Numbered from the stretch's first letter, positions 11,662 through 23,425 are shown. The stretch: DNA of 64,000 bases from an uncultured Thiotrichales bacterium (GCA_964486815.1 CAZAOO010000007.1:2919-66918), one strand, 5' to 3'. A program made the numbers and translations. The notes: a model not told the origin generated them from the letters alone.

Positions 11662-12732
11662 TTAATCTAAGGCCGCGATAACAGCATCACCCATTTCATT
11701 AGTACCAATTGCAGAGTGATTATCAGCAATATCTGCAGTGCGAAGGCCATTGCCAATAACCTGCTGCACTGCTGCCTCCACTTTATCCGCAAGACTTTCT
11801 TGTTCTAGGCTGTAGCGCAACATCATTGCAATCGAGAGAATAGTTGCAAGAGGGTTAGCAATATTCTTACCAGCGATATCCGGTGCAGATCCATGGATAG
11901 GCTCATACATACCTTTATCATTGTAATCTAATGATGCTGAAGGCAACATGCCAATCGATCCAGTCAACATTGCTGCGGCGTCAGAAAGAATATCACCAAA
12001 CATATTCCCTGTTAACACTACATCGAATTGATTAGGCTCACGCACCAATTGCATAGCAGCATTATCTACATACATATGACTGAGCGCCACATCTTTATAA
12101 TCTGCATGCACGGACTCAACCACTTCACGCCAAAGTTCTGATACCTCTAAAACATTAGCTTTATCTACCGAACAAAGTTTACTATCTCGTTTTTGCGCAA
12201 TTCGGAAAGCAACATGTGCAATCCGTGACACTTCGTTCTCGTCATATACTAATGTATTAAAACCCTGACGCACTCCATTTTCTAGCGTGCGAATTCCACG
12301 CGGCTCTCCAAAATATATTCCGCCGGTTAATTCACGCACAATCATGATATCCAAACCAGCAACCAATTCGGGCTTTAGTGAAGACGCACCCGCTAACGAC
12401 TTATATAAAATTGCAGGGCGAAGATTTGCAAATAAATCTAACTCCGCTCGAATACGTAACAAGCCTTTTTCAGGACGCAATTCACGTTCAACTGCATCAT
12501 ATTTTGGCCCACCCACTGCGCCCAACAGTATCGCATCACTGGTATTGGCCAACTTAAGCGTTTCATCAGGCAAGGGGTTTTTACAATCGTCGTATGCACT
12601 GCCACCTATTAATGCCTCTTCAATTTCTACCTTAAAGCCATACTCATTACGTAAATGCAATAAAACTTTTTTTGCTTGTGCAATTACTTCTGGACCTATG
12701 CCATCACCAGGTAATAATAAAATCTTATTCAT
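11662..12732 (-). CDS. leuB: 3-isopropylmalate dehydrogenase
   Basis: [37 protein letters not shown]. Confidence 0.98.
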   Translation of the reverse strand: MNKILLLPGDGIGPEVIAQAKKVLLHLRNEYGFKVEIEEALIGGSAYDDCKNPLPDETLKLANTSDAILLGAVGGPKYDAVERELRPEKGLLRIRAELDLFANLRPAILYKSLAGASSLKPELVAGLDIMIVRELTGGIYFGEPRGIRTLENGVRQGFNTLVYDENEVSRIAHVAFRIAQKRDSKLCSVDKANVLEVSELWREVVESVHADYKDVALSHMYVDNAAMQLVREPNQFDVVLTGNMFGDILSDAAAMLTGSIGMLPSASLDYNDKGMYEPIHGSAPDIAGKNIANPLATILSIAMMLRYSLEQESLADKVEAAVQQVIGNGLRTADIADNHSAIGTNEMGDAVIAALD

Positions 12733-12737
12733 CTTTT

Positions 12738-13382
12738 TTATTTAGTTGCAAATAACCAAGGACTGGCCTGTTTTAATTTTTCTTCGTAGTCTCTTATTTT
12801 AGATTCATGCTGTAGTGTAAGATCAATCTCATCATAACCGTTTACTAAACAGTATTTTCTAAATTCATCAATTTGAAAAGAGAAAGACTTACCATTCTCA
12901 TCTCTTACGGTTTGCAGATCTAAATTAACATTGCATTGATAATTCGAATTAGCGTTAACCTTATCAAACAAATAATCAACCTCACTTGCACTTAAAGATA
13001 TCGGTAATAATCCGTTCTTATAACAATTACTACAAAAGATATCCGCAAAACTTGGCGCTATAACCACTTCAAAACCATAATCTAAAATCGACCATACCGC
13101 ATGCTCCCGCGAAGACCCACAACCAAAATTTTCGCGTGCTAATAAAATTTTAGCATCCTTAAACTGTATTTGATTCAAAACAAAGTCATTATATAATCGA
13201 CGCTGACTATGATCTTGCCCAAGTACACCCGGATCTTGGTAACGCCAGTTGTCAAAAAGATTGACTCCAAACCCGGTACGCTTTACAGACTTTAAATACT
13301 GTTGCGGGATAATCGCATCTGTATCCACATTACTTCGATCAAGAGGTAGTAAGGTAGTTGTAATTTCTTTAAATGATTTCAT
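12738..13382 (-). CDS. leuD: 3-isopropylmalate dehydratase small subunit
   Basis: [26 protein letters not shown]; ATG at 13382 follows the leuC stop. Confidence 0.97.
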   Translation of the reverse strand: MKSFKEITTTLLPLDRSNVDTDAIIPQQYLKSVKRTGFGVNLFDNWRYQDPGVLGQDHSQRRLYNDFVLNQIQFKDAKILLARENFGCGSSREHAVWSILDYGFEVVIAPSFADIFCSNCYKNGLLPISLSASEVDYLFDKVNANSNYQCNVNLDLQTVRDENGKSFSFQIDEFRKYCLVNGYDEIDLTLQHESKIRDYEEKLKQASPWLFATK

Positions 13383-13384
13383 AT

Positions 13385-14770
13385 TCAAAGATACCTTCTT
13401 ACATCTACAAAGTGTCCGTGTATGGCAGCCGCAGCTGCCATTGCCGGACTCACCAAATGAGTGCGACCGCCTTTGCCCTGACGACCCTCAAAGTTGCGGT
13501 TAGAAGTAGACGCACAACGCTCACCCGGTTCTAACTGGTCTGCATTCATTCCTAAACACATAGAACATCCAGGCTCACGCCACTCAAAACCTGCAGCCTT
13601 GAATATTTTATCCAAACCTTCCTGCTCTGCTTGCAGTTTGATTAAACCGGACCCCGGCACCACCATGGCCAGTTTAATATTATTCGCTATTTTTCTTGCT
13701 TGAATGACATTCGCTGCTGCTCGTAAATCTTCTATTCTTGAATTTGTACACGATCCAATAAAAACTTTATCCAGCTCAATTTCTTCAATTGGAGTACCCG
13801 GTTGTAAATCCATATATTGCAATGCGCGTTGTTGGTCAGCATTTAGATTATGTGGAACTCTACCCTTTACGCCTACCACCATTTCCGGAGAAGTACCCCA
13901 GGTTACTTGTGGCTGCAAATCATTTGCATCAATTTCTATTTCAGAATCAAAATTGGCAGCTTCGTCACTATTCAAGTTACGCCATTGTTTTACGGCTAAA
14001 TCCCAATTATTCCCCTTGGGAGAAAATGGTCGCCCAGCAATATATTCGATCGTTGCATCATCCACTGCAATCATACCTGCACGCCCGCCTGCTTCTATCG
14101 ACATATTACAGACTGTCATACGTCCTTCTACAGATAACGCACGAATAGCACTGCCTGCAAATTCAATCGTGTGCCCATTAGCCCCTGCAGTACCTAACTT
14201 ACCAATAATTGCCAAGACAATATCTTTTGCTGTCACGCCTGATTCACATTGGCCATTGACTTGCACTAACATGTTTTTAGACTTTTTCATTAGTAAACAT
14301 TGCGTTGCCAAAACATGTTCCACTTCAGAAGTGCCAATACCAAATGCAAGCGCACCTAAAGCCCCATGTGTAGAAGTATGTGAGTCACCACATACGATCG
14401 TCATTCCAGGCAAAGAAGCGCCCTGCTCTGGACCAATAACATGCACTATTCCTTGACGAACATCGAGCATAGAAAATTGTGTTAATGAGTAGTCTTTACA
14501 GTTTTGATCCAGTGTATCGACCTGTGTTTTTGAAATCACATCATCTATCCCAGCACTTCGATCTGTGGTGGGGATATTGTGGTCTACTGTTGCTAGAATA
14601 GAATCCCTTCTCCATAAATCACGTTTTGCTAAACGCAAACCTTCAAATGCTTGTGGCGAGGTTACCTCATGAATTAAGTGACGATCGATATACAATAAGC
14701 TCATGCCATCGTCGCGCTCATGCACCACATGGTTCTGCCAAACTTTGTCGTAAAGTGTTTTATTTTGCAT
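13385..14770 (-). CDS. leuC: 3-isopropylmalate dehydratase large subunit
   Basis: [43 protein letters not shown]. Confidence 0.98.
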   Translation of the reverse strand: MQNKTLYDKVWQNHVVHERDDGMSLLYIDRHLIHEVTSPQAFEGLRLAKRDLWRRDSILATVDHNIPTTDRSAGIDDVISKTQVDTLDQNCKDYSLTQFSMLDVRQGIVHVIGPEQGASLPGMTIVCGDSHTSTHGALGALAFGIGTSEVEHVLATQCLLMKKSKNMLVQVNGQCESGVTAKDIVLAIIGKLGTAGANGHTIEFAGSAIRALSVEGRMTVCNMSIEAGGRAGMIAVDDATIEYIAGRPFSPKGNNWDLAVKQWRNLNSDEAANFDSEIEIDANDLQPQVTWGTSPEMVVGVKGRVPHNLNADQQRALQYMDLQPGTPIEEIELDKVFIGSCTNSRIEDLRAAANVIQARKIANNIKLAMVVPGSGLIKLQAEQEGLDKIFKAAGFEWREPGCSMCLGMNADQLEPGERCASTSNRNFEGRQGKGGRTHLVSPAMAAAAAIHGHFVDVRRYL

Positions 14771-14815
14771 TTTTCTTCAACAATATTAATCAAAAGCCAG
14801 TAATCCAATCCTTGG

Positions 14816-15982
14816 TTAACCCTTCCATAAACCAGGCTTCGCCATCCACAAATATTGAATTAAGGCGACCAAGGCTATACACATCGCCAATAAATACACA
14901 TAAGAGGGCCCTATCGTATTCCAAGTATACCCACTCACCAAACTTCCCAGTGAACCACCGAGACCAAAACTTATGCTTGCAAATAACGCCTGTCCACGGC
15001 CCTGGATACTACCCGAGAAATATTGATCGATAAGGTGTATAGCCGAGGCATGAAAAAGCCCATATGAAGCTGCATGCAATAATTGCGCAAATAGCAATAT
15101 AGATAAATACTCCACATAGTAGGCAATCAACCACCAGCGAAACACTGTAAGTAGCATTGCAATCACCAGCAAGCGCTTAGCCCCTAATTGAGGTAGCCAG
15201 CGGTACATAAAATAAAACACCACCACTTCTGCCAATACCCCTAACGACCATAACTGCCCAATCAATGTTCGAGAATAACCACTATCTTCAGCATATATAC
15301 TAAAAAAAGTGTAGTAAGGGCCATGACTGGCCTGTATTAGAAAACAAGCCAGTAACAACGCAAATACCTGCGGCTGTAGACAGGTCTTCAGCATCGAAGG
15401 TGAAGTTATTATTTTTATACCTTGCGGAGCTTCATTGACCAATAGGGTATTTATCCAGGTAAGCGATAAGATCAGCAATATAATCCAAGGCAAATACTGA
15501 ATACCAAATTTTTCTAAAGCGGGCGCAAGTAAAGAAGCCGTGATGATAAACCCAACCGACCCCCACAATCGAATTCGGCTATACATGTGTTTACTGCCAG
15601 CCAGATTATTCATCGTGGCAGCTTCAAATTGAGGCAGTGTTGCATTCCAGAAAAAACTATAACCGGCTAAAATTATCAATAGCGGCCAATAGTCTTTAAA
15701 AAATAAAGCAGCGGCAAAAATCATCATACCGATAAACGATGCTAGACGAATTGCAGATAAACGTTTACCTGTGTGATCCGCGATCCAGCCCCATAGGTAA
15801 GGTGCGAAAATTTTTGTAGCCAACAGAACTGCAGACAACTCACCAATTTGTCGCGCGGAGAACTCGAGATATTTTAGGTACAAACTCCAGTATGGAAGAA
15901 ATGCACCAATGCTGGCGAAATAGAAAAAATAAAAACCCGCGAGTGATTGGTGCTCTGCAGAAGTTTTCTGCTTAACAGACAT
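14816..15982 (-). CDS. MFS transporter (MFS_1_like/HcaT-like)
   Basis: About 12 hydrophobic segments, WGWIADHTGKR loop motif, YSRIRLWGSVGF; follows aroC. Confidence 0.85.
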   Translation of the reverse strand: MSVKQKTSAEHQSLAGFYFFYFASIGAFLPYWSLYLKYLEFSARQIGELSAVLLATKIFAPYLWGWIADHTGKRLSAIRLASFIGMMIFAAALFFKDYWPLLIILAGYSFFWNATLPQFEAATMNNLAGSKHMYSRIRLWGSVGFIITASLLAPALEKFGIQYLPWIILLILSLTWINTLLVNEAPQGIKIITSPSMLKTCLQPQVFALLLACFLIQASHGPYYTFFSIYAEDSGYSRTLIGQLWSLGVLAEVVVFYFMYRWLPQLGAKRLLVIAMLLTVFRWWLIAYYVEYLSILLFAQLLHAASYGLFHASAIHLIDQYFSGSIQGRGQALFASISFGLGGSLGSLVSGYTWNTIGPSYVYLLAMCIALVALIQYLWMAKPGLWKG

Positions 15983-16012
15983 AGTGTAGATAGAATTTAT
16001 AAAACTACAGCG

Positions 16013-17110
16013 CTATATCGAGGCAGGAATGTCAGGAGTAGAGCAAGTTACATTTTCATTTTGTGCACGATGCCGTAACACATGGTCCATCAACACCAAG
16101 GCAAGCATTGCTTCTACTATCGGCACACCGCGAATTCCAACACAAGGATCATGTCTGCCTTTAGTTATAATTTCAGTTTGATTACCGTCTTTATCAATGG
16201 TTTTACCTGGAATACGTATACTGGATGTTGGCTTAAACGCGACACTTGCGAGAATATCCTGACCCGAAGAAATTCCACCCAAAGTTCCACCAGCATGATT
16301 CGTGATAAAACCTTGCGGCGTCATCTCATCACGATGCTGCGATCCTTTTTGCGAGACACTATTAAAACCTGCACCAATCTCGATACCCTTAACCGCATTA
16401 ATGCTCATCATGGCGTGAGCAATATCAGAATCTAAACGGTCAAATATAGGTTCGCCCAAACCCACTGGCATACCACTGGCAACAACATTAACCCGTGCAC
16501 CAACTGAATCACCTTGCTTACGCAAGTCATCCATATAGGCTTCTAACTCAGCTACTTTACTTTCATCTGGGCAAAAAAATGGATTATTTTCTACCACTGA
16601 CCAATCTTTATGCTCAATCACTAACTCACCAAGCTGGGACAGGTAAGCCTGAATCTTAATGCCATAGTTTTCATGCAAATATTTACGTGCAATACCGCCC
16701 GCTGCAACACGCATTGCTGTCTCGCGCGCAGATGAACGTCCACCACCACGATAGTCTCTTAATCCATACTTTTTTAGATAAGTATAATCAGCATGGCCCG
16801 GTCGAAACTTATCCATAATTTCGGAATAGTCTTTGGATCGGGCATCCTGGTTATAGATTATTAAACCAATCGGCGCACCTGTTGTTTTACCCTCAAACGT
16901 GCCGGAAAGAATCTCAACCTGATCAGGCTCACGCCTTTGCGTAGTATGACGAGATTTACCTGGTCTACGGCGCTCTAAATCGTTCTGTAGATCTTTCTCA
17001 CTTAAAGCCAGGCCAGGAGGGCAACCGTCCACAATACAGCCAATGGCTTTACCGTGACTTTCGCCAAACGAGCTTACGATGAATAATTTTCCAATTGAGT
17101 TTCCGGACAT
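16013..17110 (-). CDS. aroC: Chorismate synthase (start at MSGNSIG)
   Basis: [27 protein letters not shown]. Confidence 0.98.
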   Translation of the reverse strand: MSGNSIGKLFIVSSFGESHGKAIGCIVDGCPPGLALSEKDLQNDLERRRPGKSRHTTQRREPDQVEILSGTFEGKTTGAPIGLIIYNQDARSKDYSEIMDKFRPGHADYTYLKKYGLRDYRGGGRSSARETAMRVAAGGIARKYLHENYGIKIQAYLSQLGELVIEHKDWSVVENNPFFCPDESKVAELEAYMDDLRKQGDSVGARVNVVASGMPVGLGEPIFDRLDSDIAHAMMSINAVKGIEIGAGFNSVSQKGSQHRDEMTPQGFITNHAGGTLGGISSGQDILASVAFKPTSSIRIPGKTIDKDGNQTEIITKGRHDPCVGIRGVPIVEAMLALVLMDHVLRHRAQNENVTCSTPDIPASI

Positions 17111-17206
17111 TGCTGAATTGTAACTTATCAGTGAAAGGAATAGCAGCGTGATTATATACAACTATCTATTTTGCTTGGTATACACGAATCTTGGCTATGA
17201 AATAAT

Positions 17207-17881
17207 GTGTATATGAATCAAAACTTGCTAGACTATAGCTCGCACCAATACGGGCGCAGTTTAAATATTTTCCTTGCTGCTGTTGCAGCCATCGCATTTG
17301 GTTTGCTCTTTTACAACTACCAAAACTCGCATTCTATCAGTGCTGATAACTTACAAAAAGCGACCAGCCTACAAAGCAATCCTCGTGAGCTTCCAAGCTT
17401 TTCACTTACTAACCATTTAAGTTCTCCTTTTAGCAACCAAGATTTAATTGGATCATGGAGCATGATTTTTTTTGGCTTCACCAACTGCCCGGATGTTTGC
17501 CCGCTAACGCTAAGTACTCTCGACCAGGTAACAAACGAATTAGAGGGCTTTGGCACCACGCCTCGTAATATTTTTATATCCGTAGATCCACAGCGCGATC
17601 AACCTGAAAAGTTGAAAAAATATGTTGAGCATTTTAATCGCGACATGATCGGGTTAATGGGTGACAAAAAACAAATTGACAATCTAACTCAATCCATTGG
17701 GGCTATATATGCAATTGGCGATAGCACTACAGATAACTATTTGGTTGACCATAGCGCACACATATTTGTCACCGCGCCTGACGGCAAAATGGTAGCCCTA
17801 TTCAGCACTCCACATGATGCGAAAATTATTGCTAATGACTTTAAGATTATTAGTGCGCTCTACGAAAAAAATAAAAGTTAA
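17207..17881 (+). CDS. SCO1/SenC family copper chaperone (start may be ATG 17213)
   Basis: N-terminal TM anchor, FFGFTNCPDVCP (CxxxC), ISVDPQRD, VDHS His ligand. Confidence 0.92.
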   Translation: MYMNQNLLDYSSHQYGRSLNIFLAAVAAIAFGLLFYNYQNSHSISADNLQKATSLQSNPRELPSFSLTNHLSSPFSNQDLIGSWSMIFFGFTNCPDVCPLTLSTLDQVTNELEGFGTTPRNIFISVDPQRDQPEKLKKYVEHFNRDMIGLMGDKKQIDNLTQSIGAIYAIGDSTTDNYLVDHSAHIFVTAPDGKMVALFSTPHDAKIIANDFKIISALYEKNKS

Positions 17882-17892
17882 AAAAATATTTC

Positions 17893-18762
17893 ATGTGGAA
17901 ACAAATCAAGGGATTCTTATTTCACTTATTCCCACATCACTACGTATCACGCCTCACCTTTTGGTTAACGCGCCTACAAACACCGTTAAAGAATCCTGCA
18001 ATTAGATTATTTATACGCACCTTCGATGTAGACATGAGCGAGTCTGAATACGGGGATGCTGAAAATTACGCAAGCTTTAATAAATTTTTTACACGCAAAT
18101 TAATTGCTGGAGCTCGCCCTATAGACAGTGATGAAAACTCTATTACTTGTCCAGCAGATGGGCGCATAAGCCAGGTTGCACATTACAAAAATGATCAGGC
18201 GATTCAAGCTAAAGGCCAGAATTTTTCAATAAGCCAGCTGTTGGGTGGTACGAATAATTATGGAACACTTTGTCAAAGTGGAAACTTTGCAACTATATAT
18301 TTATCACCCAGAAACTACCATCGTGTACATATGCCATTTGATGGCGAATTAGTAGAAATGATTTATGTGCCCGGTAGATTATTTAGCGTTGCACCCTATG
18401 CAGCAGAAGTGATTAAAGGCTTGTATAGCAGAAATGAGCGGGTTGTATCTATTTTTAAGACAAAACTTGGCTACATGGCTGTAGTAATGGTCGGAGCCGT
18501 AAATGTTGCAGCAATTGAAATGGCATGGGAAGGACTAGTCACTCCACCTCGTGGTAAAAATATTGTTAGAAAAACTTATAATGACATTAGCTTAAAGAAA
18601 GGTGACGAGTTAGGAATATTCAATATGGGCTCAACCGCAATCATGGTCTTCGAAGCTAACAAAGTGCAGTGGAATGATAACCTGGAAATCCAACAAACCG
18701 TAAAAATGGGCCAGGCAATAGGGTCAGCTATAGGAATGACTGAAGAGGAAATTACTTGTTAA
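17893..18762 (+). CDS. psd: Phosphatidylserine decarboxylase proenzyme
   Basis: FNKFFTR, PADG, YLSPRNYHRVHMP, RNERV, FNMGST autocleavage site. Confidence 0.95.
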   Translation: MWKQIKGFLFHLFPHHYVSRLTFWLTRLQTPLKNPAIRLFIRTFDVDMSESEYGDAENYASFNKFFTRKLIAGARPIDSDENSITCPADGRISQVAHYKNDQAIQAKGQNFSISQLLGGTNNYGTLCQSGNFATIYLSPRNYHRVHMPFDGELVEMIYVPGRLFSVAPYAAEVIKGLYSRNERVVSIFKTKLGYMAVVMVGAVNVAAIEMAWEGLVTPPRGKNIVRKTYNDISLKKGDELGIFNMGSTAIMVFEANKVQWNDNLEIQQTVKMGQAIGSAIGMTEEEITC

Positions 18763-19691
18763 TGAACCGCAAAAGATAAAACTTCGTTTATATGCGTGGC
18801 ATTCAACATCACCATCAAGAGTCGATCAATCCCTAATGCAACACCTGCACTATCAGGCAACCCAGCTTCAAGTGCTTGTATAAAATCAGCATCAATTTCT
18901 ATCGCTTTTTTATCTTCCAATAATCGTTTGCGATTATTTTCCTCAAAACGCGCTAACTGTTCCTGCGCATCCGTTAACTCCTGAAATCCATTCGCTAGCT
19001 CAATTCCAGCAAAATATAATTCAAAACGTTGCGCAAAACCTTGGCTATTTAGCTTTGCCAACGCTGCTTGCTCAGCCGGAAAATCATAAACAAACGTTAG
19101 AAAACGCTTATCAAATTTTGGCACTATAATCTGATCCAGAACAAGATCCTGATATTGTTCTACTGATAATGCAGAATTTAATTGCAGTGAATGATCTCCA
19201 CACACTTGTAGATAATCCGCTTGCTTCGCACTACGAACATTAATATTTATGTATTTTTCAAAAATTTCTTGATAACTTAAATACACAACATCAACTGGTT
19301 TTACATAGTCGTCGAGCAATATTTTAGTGAGATCAGCCACCTCATTCATTAACTCCTTATAAGTCCACTTGAAGCGATACCATTCAAGCATTGTGAATTC
19401 TTCGTTATGCAAGCGCCCACTTTCATTGGCACGAAAAACTTTACACAGTTGATAAATATCGCAGCGATGAAAAGCCAGTAATCTTTTCATCGCATATTCA
19501 GGTGAAGTGTGAAGATATTTGGAGTTTTCTGTAGCGATACTATCTATCTGCAAATCGCTTACTGCATATTGATTTAATAAAGGAGTCTCTACTTCTAAAA
19601 CATTCTGAGTCTGAAAAAATTTACGAATTTGTGCATTGACATTGGCACGTATCTGCAAAACATTCAAAGTTGCTTGTGGCTCCCAAGTCAT
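18759..19691 (-). CDS. epmA: EF-P lysine aminoacylase (GenX/PoxA)
   Basis: LHTSPEYAMKRLL, HNEEFTMLEWY, ELANGFQEL, GVALGIDRL; LysRS-like catalytic domain only; adjacent to efp. Confidence 0.96.
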   Translation of the reverse strand: MTWEPQATLNVLQIRANVNAQIRKFFQTQNVLEVETPLLNQYAVSDLQIDSIATENSKYLHTSPEYAMKRLLAFHRCDIYQLCKVFRANESGRLHNEEFTMLEWYRFKWTYKELMNEVADLTKILLDDYVKPVDVVYLSYQEIFEKYININVRSAKQADYLQVCGDHSLQLNSALSVEQYQDLVLDQIIVPKFDKRFLTFVYDFPAEQAALAKLNSQGFAQRFELYFAGIELANGFQELTDAQEQLARFEENNRKRLLEDKKAIEIDADFIQALEAGLPDSAGVALGIDRLLMVMLNATHINEVLSFAVH

Positions 19692-19760
19692 TTAAGCATC
19701 CAATGACTTAGGTGAAATCATATTACTAATAATTAATCGTAGAGCCGTAAATTACAAGCT

Positions 19761-20330
19761 TCAGTCTTTTACGCGCGAGACATACTCACCATTTCTTGTA
19801 TCAATTCGCAACACCTCTCCTTCTCCCACAAACAGAGGCACTTTAACGATAGCACCTGTCTCCAAAGTTGCAGGTTTGGTGCCACCCTGTGCAGTGTCAC
19901 CTTTCAGGCCAGGATCGGTTTGGGTAATCTTTAACTCGACAAAATTAGGCACCGTCACAGATAAAGGTATGCCATTCAACAAGGTTATAACACAAACCTC
20001 TTGCCCCTTTAACCACTGCGCATCTTCTCCAACAGCTTCCTTAGACACCGCAAATTGCTCAAATGACTTAGGCTCCATGAAATGCCATTCTTCGCCATCG
20101 TTGTAGAGATACTGCATATCAGAGTCCATCACATCCGCAGCTTCAACCGTTTCGCCCGATTTAAATGTGCGATCTACCACTCGACCCGTTTTAAGATTAC
20201 GAAGCTTTACACGGCTGAAGGCTTGACCTTTGCCCGGCTTAACAAATTCATTTTCAATTATATTATATGGGTCGCCATCTAAAATTAGCTTCAAGCCAGC
20301 CCGAAAATCATTACTATTATAGTTTGCCAT
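19761..20330 (-). CDS. efp: Elongation factor P
   Basis: VKPGKGQAF (modified Lys), [15 protein letters not shown]. Confidence 0.98.
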   Translation of the reverse strand: MANYNSNDFRAGLKLILDGDPYNIIENEFVKPGKGQAFSRVKLRNLKTGRVVDRTFKSGETVEAADVMDSDMQYLYNDGEEWHFMEPKSFEQFAVSKEAVGEDAQWLKGQEVCVITLLNGIPLSVTVPNFVELKITQTDPGLKGDTAQGGTKPATLETGAIVKVPLFVGEGEVLRIDTRNGEYVSRVKD

Positions 20331-20339
20331 AGTTTAAAA

Positions 20340-21416
20340 ATGCGAAATTTTATGAGTTCATCGAATACATATAGTCTAACACGAGATTGTTCAAGCTCTC
20401 AGCATAAAGACCAGCAGGAGCTGGGAATTAAAGTCGAATCAAATTGGCAGTTGGAATACAAAACTTCCATCACTGATGTAGAATTACTATGCCAAACATT
20501 GGGACTAAAAATTGAGCAATTGCCAATCAGCTATAAAGCAAACAAGCAGTTTCAATTAAGAGTTCCACAAAGCTATGTTGAGCGAATGCAACATGGCAAC
20601 CCAAGTGACCCCTTACTATTGCAGGTTTTACCTACGCAGCACGAAGAAACCCAAGTTGCTGGATACTTAAAAGACCCAGTAGGTGATTTGCTAAGTATCA
20701 AATCACCTGGCTTGCTGCAAAAATATAATGGACGCGCATTGCTACTCGCAACAAGTCGTTGCGCCATTAATTGCAGATATTGTTTCCGCAGACACTTTCC
20801 TTATTCAACCCAAAACCCACGCCATGACAGCTGGGCAAAGAGCACTCAAGAACTCGAACATGATCGAAGCATTTCCGAAGTTATCTTAAGCGGTGGTGAC
20901 CCTCTAGTGCTTGATGATTCTGAGTTAACAAAACTCATTGCCAAACTTGAACCTATTGAACATATTAAAAGATTGCGCATACATACTCGTTTGCCAGTAG
21001 TTATACCCAATCGCATTAATGACGAATTATTAAACTGGGTAAACAACACCAGATTACAAGTTATTATGGTGTTGCACATAAATCATGCGAATGAAATTAA
21101 TACTCAAATGCATAAAAAATTACAAAAACTTAAAGACTTAAACTGTGTGTTATTAAACCAAAGTGTGTTGCTCAAAAATATAAATGATCAGTCATCTAGC
21201 TTAATTAATCTAAGTGAAGCATTGTTTAGCGCTGGAGTTTTACCTTACTATTTACATCTATTAGACAAAGTAGATGGTGCCGCTCATTTCGATGTATGCG
21301 AAAATAGTGCGCGCCAACTTATGCGTGAAATTGCTAAACACTTACCAGGTTATCTTGTTCCTAAATTAGTTAGGGAAATTGCAAACAAACAGTCTAAGAG
21401 CGTAATCAGCTACTAA
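20340..21416 (+). CDS. epmB: EF-P beta-lysylation lysine 2,3-aminomutase (radical SAM); exact start uncertain
   Basis: CAINCRYCFRRHFPY, ILSGGDPL, RIHTRLPVVIP, GYLVPKLVRE; divergent from efp. Confidence 0.95.
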   Translation: MRNFMSSSNTYSLTRDCSSSQHKDQQELGIKVESNWQLEYKTSITDVELLCQTLGLKIEQLPISYKANKQFQLRVPQSYVERMQHGNPSDPLLLQVLPTQHEETQVAGYLKDPVGDLLSIKSPGLLQKYNGRALLLATSRCAINCRYCFRRHFPYSTQNPRHDSWAKSTQELEHDRSISEVILSGGDPLVLDDSELTKLIAKLEPIEHIKRLRIHTRLPVVIPNRINDELLNWVNNTRLQVIMVLHINHANEINTQMHKKLQKLKDLNCVLLNQSVLLKNINDQSSSLINLSEALFSAGVLPYYLHLLDKVDGAAHFDVCENSARQLMREIAKHLPGYLVPKLVREIANKQSKSVISY

Positions 21417-21449
21417 CAGACAACATAAAACAGAAACTAGCCCTGAGTA

Positions 21450-21471
21450 ATATGGGAACGCGGTCACAGTT
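21450..21471. promoter_or_regulatory. Putative CRP/Vfr binding site upstream of the fimW-like gene
   Basis: TGGGA-ACGCGG-TCACA (21453-21468) with AT-rich flanks, one mismatch to TGTGA-N6-TCACA. Confidence 0.45.
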
Positions 21472-21637
21472 TTAATCGACGAAACCTCTAAACGTCTATT
21501 CTTCCGGATAAACACACAGTATTTAGAGACAAATCGCAGAGCAAATCACACTGCTCTAGCCTATAAATCTATACACTAATAATATAGAAATGTTAATCGA
21601 TGCCACACCTGTTAAATCACTGTTTAGTTAAGGAATT

Positions 21638-23425
21638 ATGCTTCTCGACACTCAAATCTCTATGCCCAGCCAAGACCCTTTGGGCGAGAATAAATTTTCA
21701 TTACTACCGCGAGAATTGCGCAAGTGGCTTAAAAATCTGCCTTATGTCGATCAAGATCTTGCAATACAACAATACTACAATGGATTAAAGCGGTCTAATC
21801 GCCAAGCTCACGCAACGAAACAAAGACTTGCTGCAATTGATCTGATGCGACCTGTTGCACATGAATTTCTTAAGAATCAACGGAAATATTTATTATCACA
21901 ACCATTTCCATTATCAAAAAAAGCAACAGAAGTATTAAAACTCCAGCAAAATATCCTTAACGAGCTAGCCGCTGCGTACAAAATAATTATACAAGAAACA
22001 GTAAACCGAGACAGTCGACTTAGTAATAATAAGCTAGTCACTTGCGTGCATCACGCCATGTACTACCAGTTGGAGCAGTATGTAACTTTAGCCCAAGTCT
22101 ACTCTGAACCACCACAATGCTTTTGGCAAGACCTCTGCCAACTCTATAGCATTGCAGAACATTTTGAGTTAGCAGAACTACAGATTAAAAATGATATAGA
22201 CACTGCAAATATTAAATCTTCTCCTAAAAATTTATTTACACACGCCTGCCTACTATCGTTATCTAATTTACATACATATGGTCATGGCGAAGCAGGAAAG
22301 ATCACTTCATACCTCCGTAAAGTGAGTCAACTCACAGACTTAACAGATTGCGCTATTTCTGATAGCGAATATACATTTTATATAAATCTCTCACTATATA
22401 AACCTGTTCGCCTAATATATAACGAAGTGATACCGATTTCTTCAAAAAATCGCTATATAGACGCCTCCAATCTCATCAATGAATTAAAAGAAAACTCTAA
22501 CTCAAGTCAAGGTAATGGAAATGGAAATGAAACAAAATTCTCTACTAATGATTTAAGCAAATCTTTAAGCAAGCGCTTATTGAAAAAGTTAATCAGCAAA
22601 CCAATACGTTCCTCTAAAAGAGCCATACCTGCGAAAGGAAGATTACACCTTGTGATGGGTATGCGTAATGCTATTGATATTCTTCAAACAGGTCATACCG
22701 TGAATCACGACAAGCCTGACTCCAGAAACAACAGATCAAATTTAGAGTTGATACCTATTGATAACTCCAGAGTGTCAACTTTTTTTAATGACAACCACAG
22801 TGAGGATGAAAATAATTACCTTGTTTCCAGCTCAAATGCTTGGGATTGGATTCATCGTGGCAATGTAGTTGCTGACAAACAGAAACAGCAGACGGCTAAC
22901 AACAATCCAGAAAAAAACGAGACAGTTACCCTTAGCCCCGCCATACAAACATGGAATATAAGTAATGCAAGTAAAGGCGGATACTGCCTGAACTCAAGCA
23001 ACACTTCAGATTACCAATCTCAAGTAGGCGATATCATCTTAATTAGACTTGAAGACAAGCCAAATGACGAGTGGCGGTTAGGCGTTATACGTTGGATGCA
23101 ATCATTATCTGAGCAAGGTGTGAAAATGGGTATAGAATTTTTACATGGACAAGTGGAATTAATGAAAGTTATCGATGCTCACCGAAATTCAGATAAGTCT
23201 ATCGAGTTAGAACTTATTCTTCAGCTGACTGAAAAAAATTCAAGTGGCGATACCAAAACCATCATCACACCGCCCAATGCTGCTGCAAAGGGAGATCATT
23301 TAGTTCTTCAATCAGATAAAAAAACACAAAATATTGTCTTTCAACATATGTTAGAACAAACCATTTCCTTCGCTAGATTCACCTATAGTGAGATGCCAGA
23401 CATGCCAAGCGGAGAACATTACTAA
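21638..23425 (+). CDS. FimW-like c-di-GMP receptor with a split PilZ-type domain
   Basis: WLKNLP N-terminus, RSSKR (RxxxR) and NASKGG (N/DxSxxG), WRLGVIRW..MGIE; next to a fimX-like gene and near psd/parC as in Pseudomonas. Confidence 0.7.
   Translation: MLLDTQISMPSQDPLGENKFSLLPRELRKWLKNLPYVDQDLAIQQYYNGLKRSNRQAHATKQRLAAIDLMRPVAHEFLKNQRKYLLSQPFPLSKKATEVLKLQQNILNELAAAYKIIIQETVNRDSRLSNNKLVTCVHHAMYYQLEQYVTLAQVYSEPPQCFWQDLCQLYSIAEHFELAELQIKNDIDTANIKSSPKNLFTHACLLSLSNLHTYGHGEAGKITSYLRKVSQLTDLTDCAISDSEYTFYINLSLYKPVRLIYNEVIPISSKNRYIDASNLINELKENSNSSQGNGNGNETKFSTNDLSKSLSKRLLKKLISKPIRSSKRAIPAKGRLHLVMGMRNAIDILQTGHTVNHDKPDSRNNRSNLELIPIDNSRVSTFFNDNHSEDENNYLVSSSNAWDWIHRGNVVADKQKQQTANNNPEKNETVTLSPAIQTWNISNASKGGYCLNSSNTSDYQSQVGDIILIRLEDKPNDEWRLGVIRWMQSLSEQGVKMGIEFLHGQVELMKVIDAHRNSDKSIELELILQLTEKNSSGDTKTIITPPNAAAKGDHLVLQSDKKTQNIVFQHMLEQTISFARFTYSEMPDMPSGEHY

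Noticed and set aside
13704-14456. 250-aa plus-strand ORF and other short antisense ORFs across the window
   Set aside because: Lie wholly opposite well-supported housekeeping genes (leuC, asd, leuB, parC, pepA, dnaE etc.); typical codon-bias shadows
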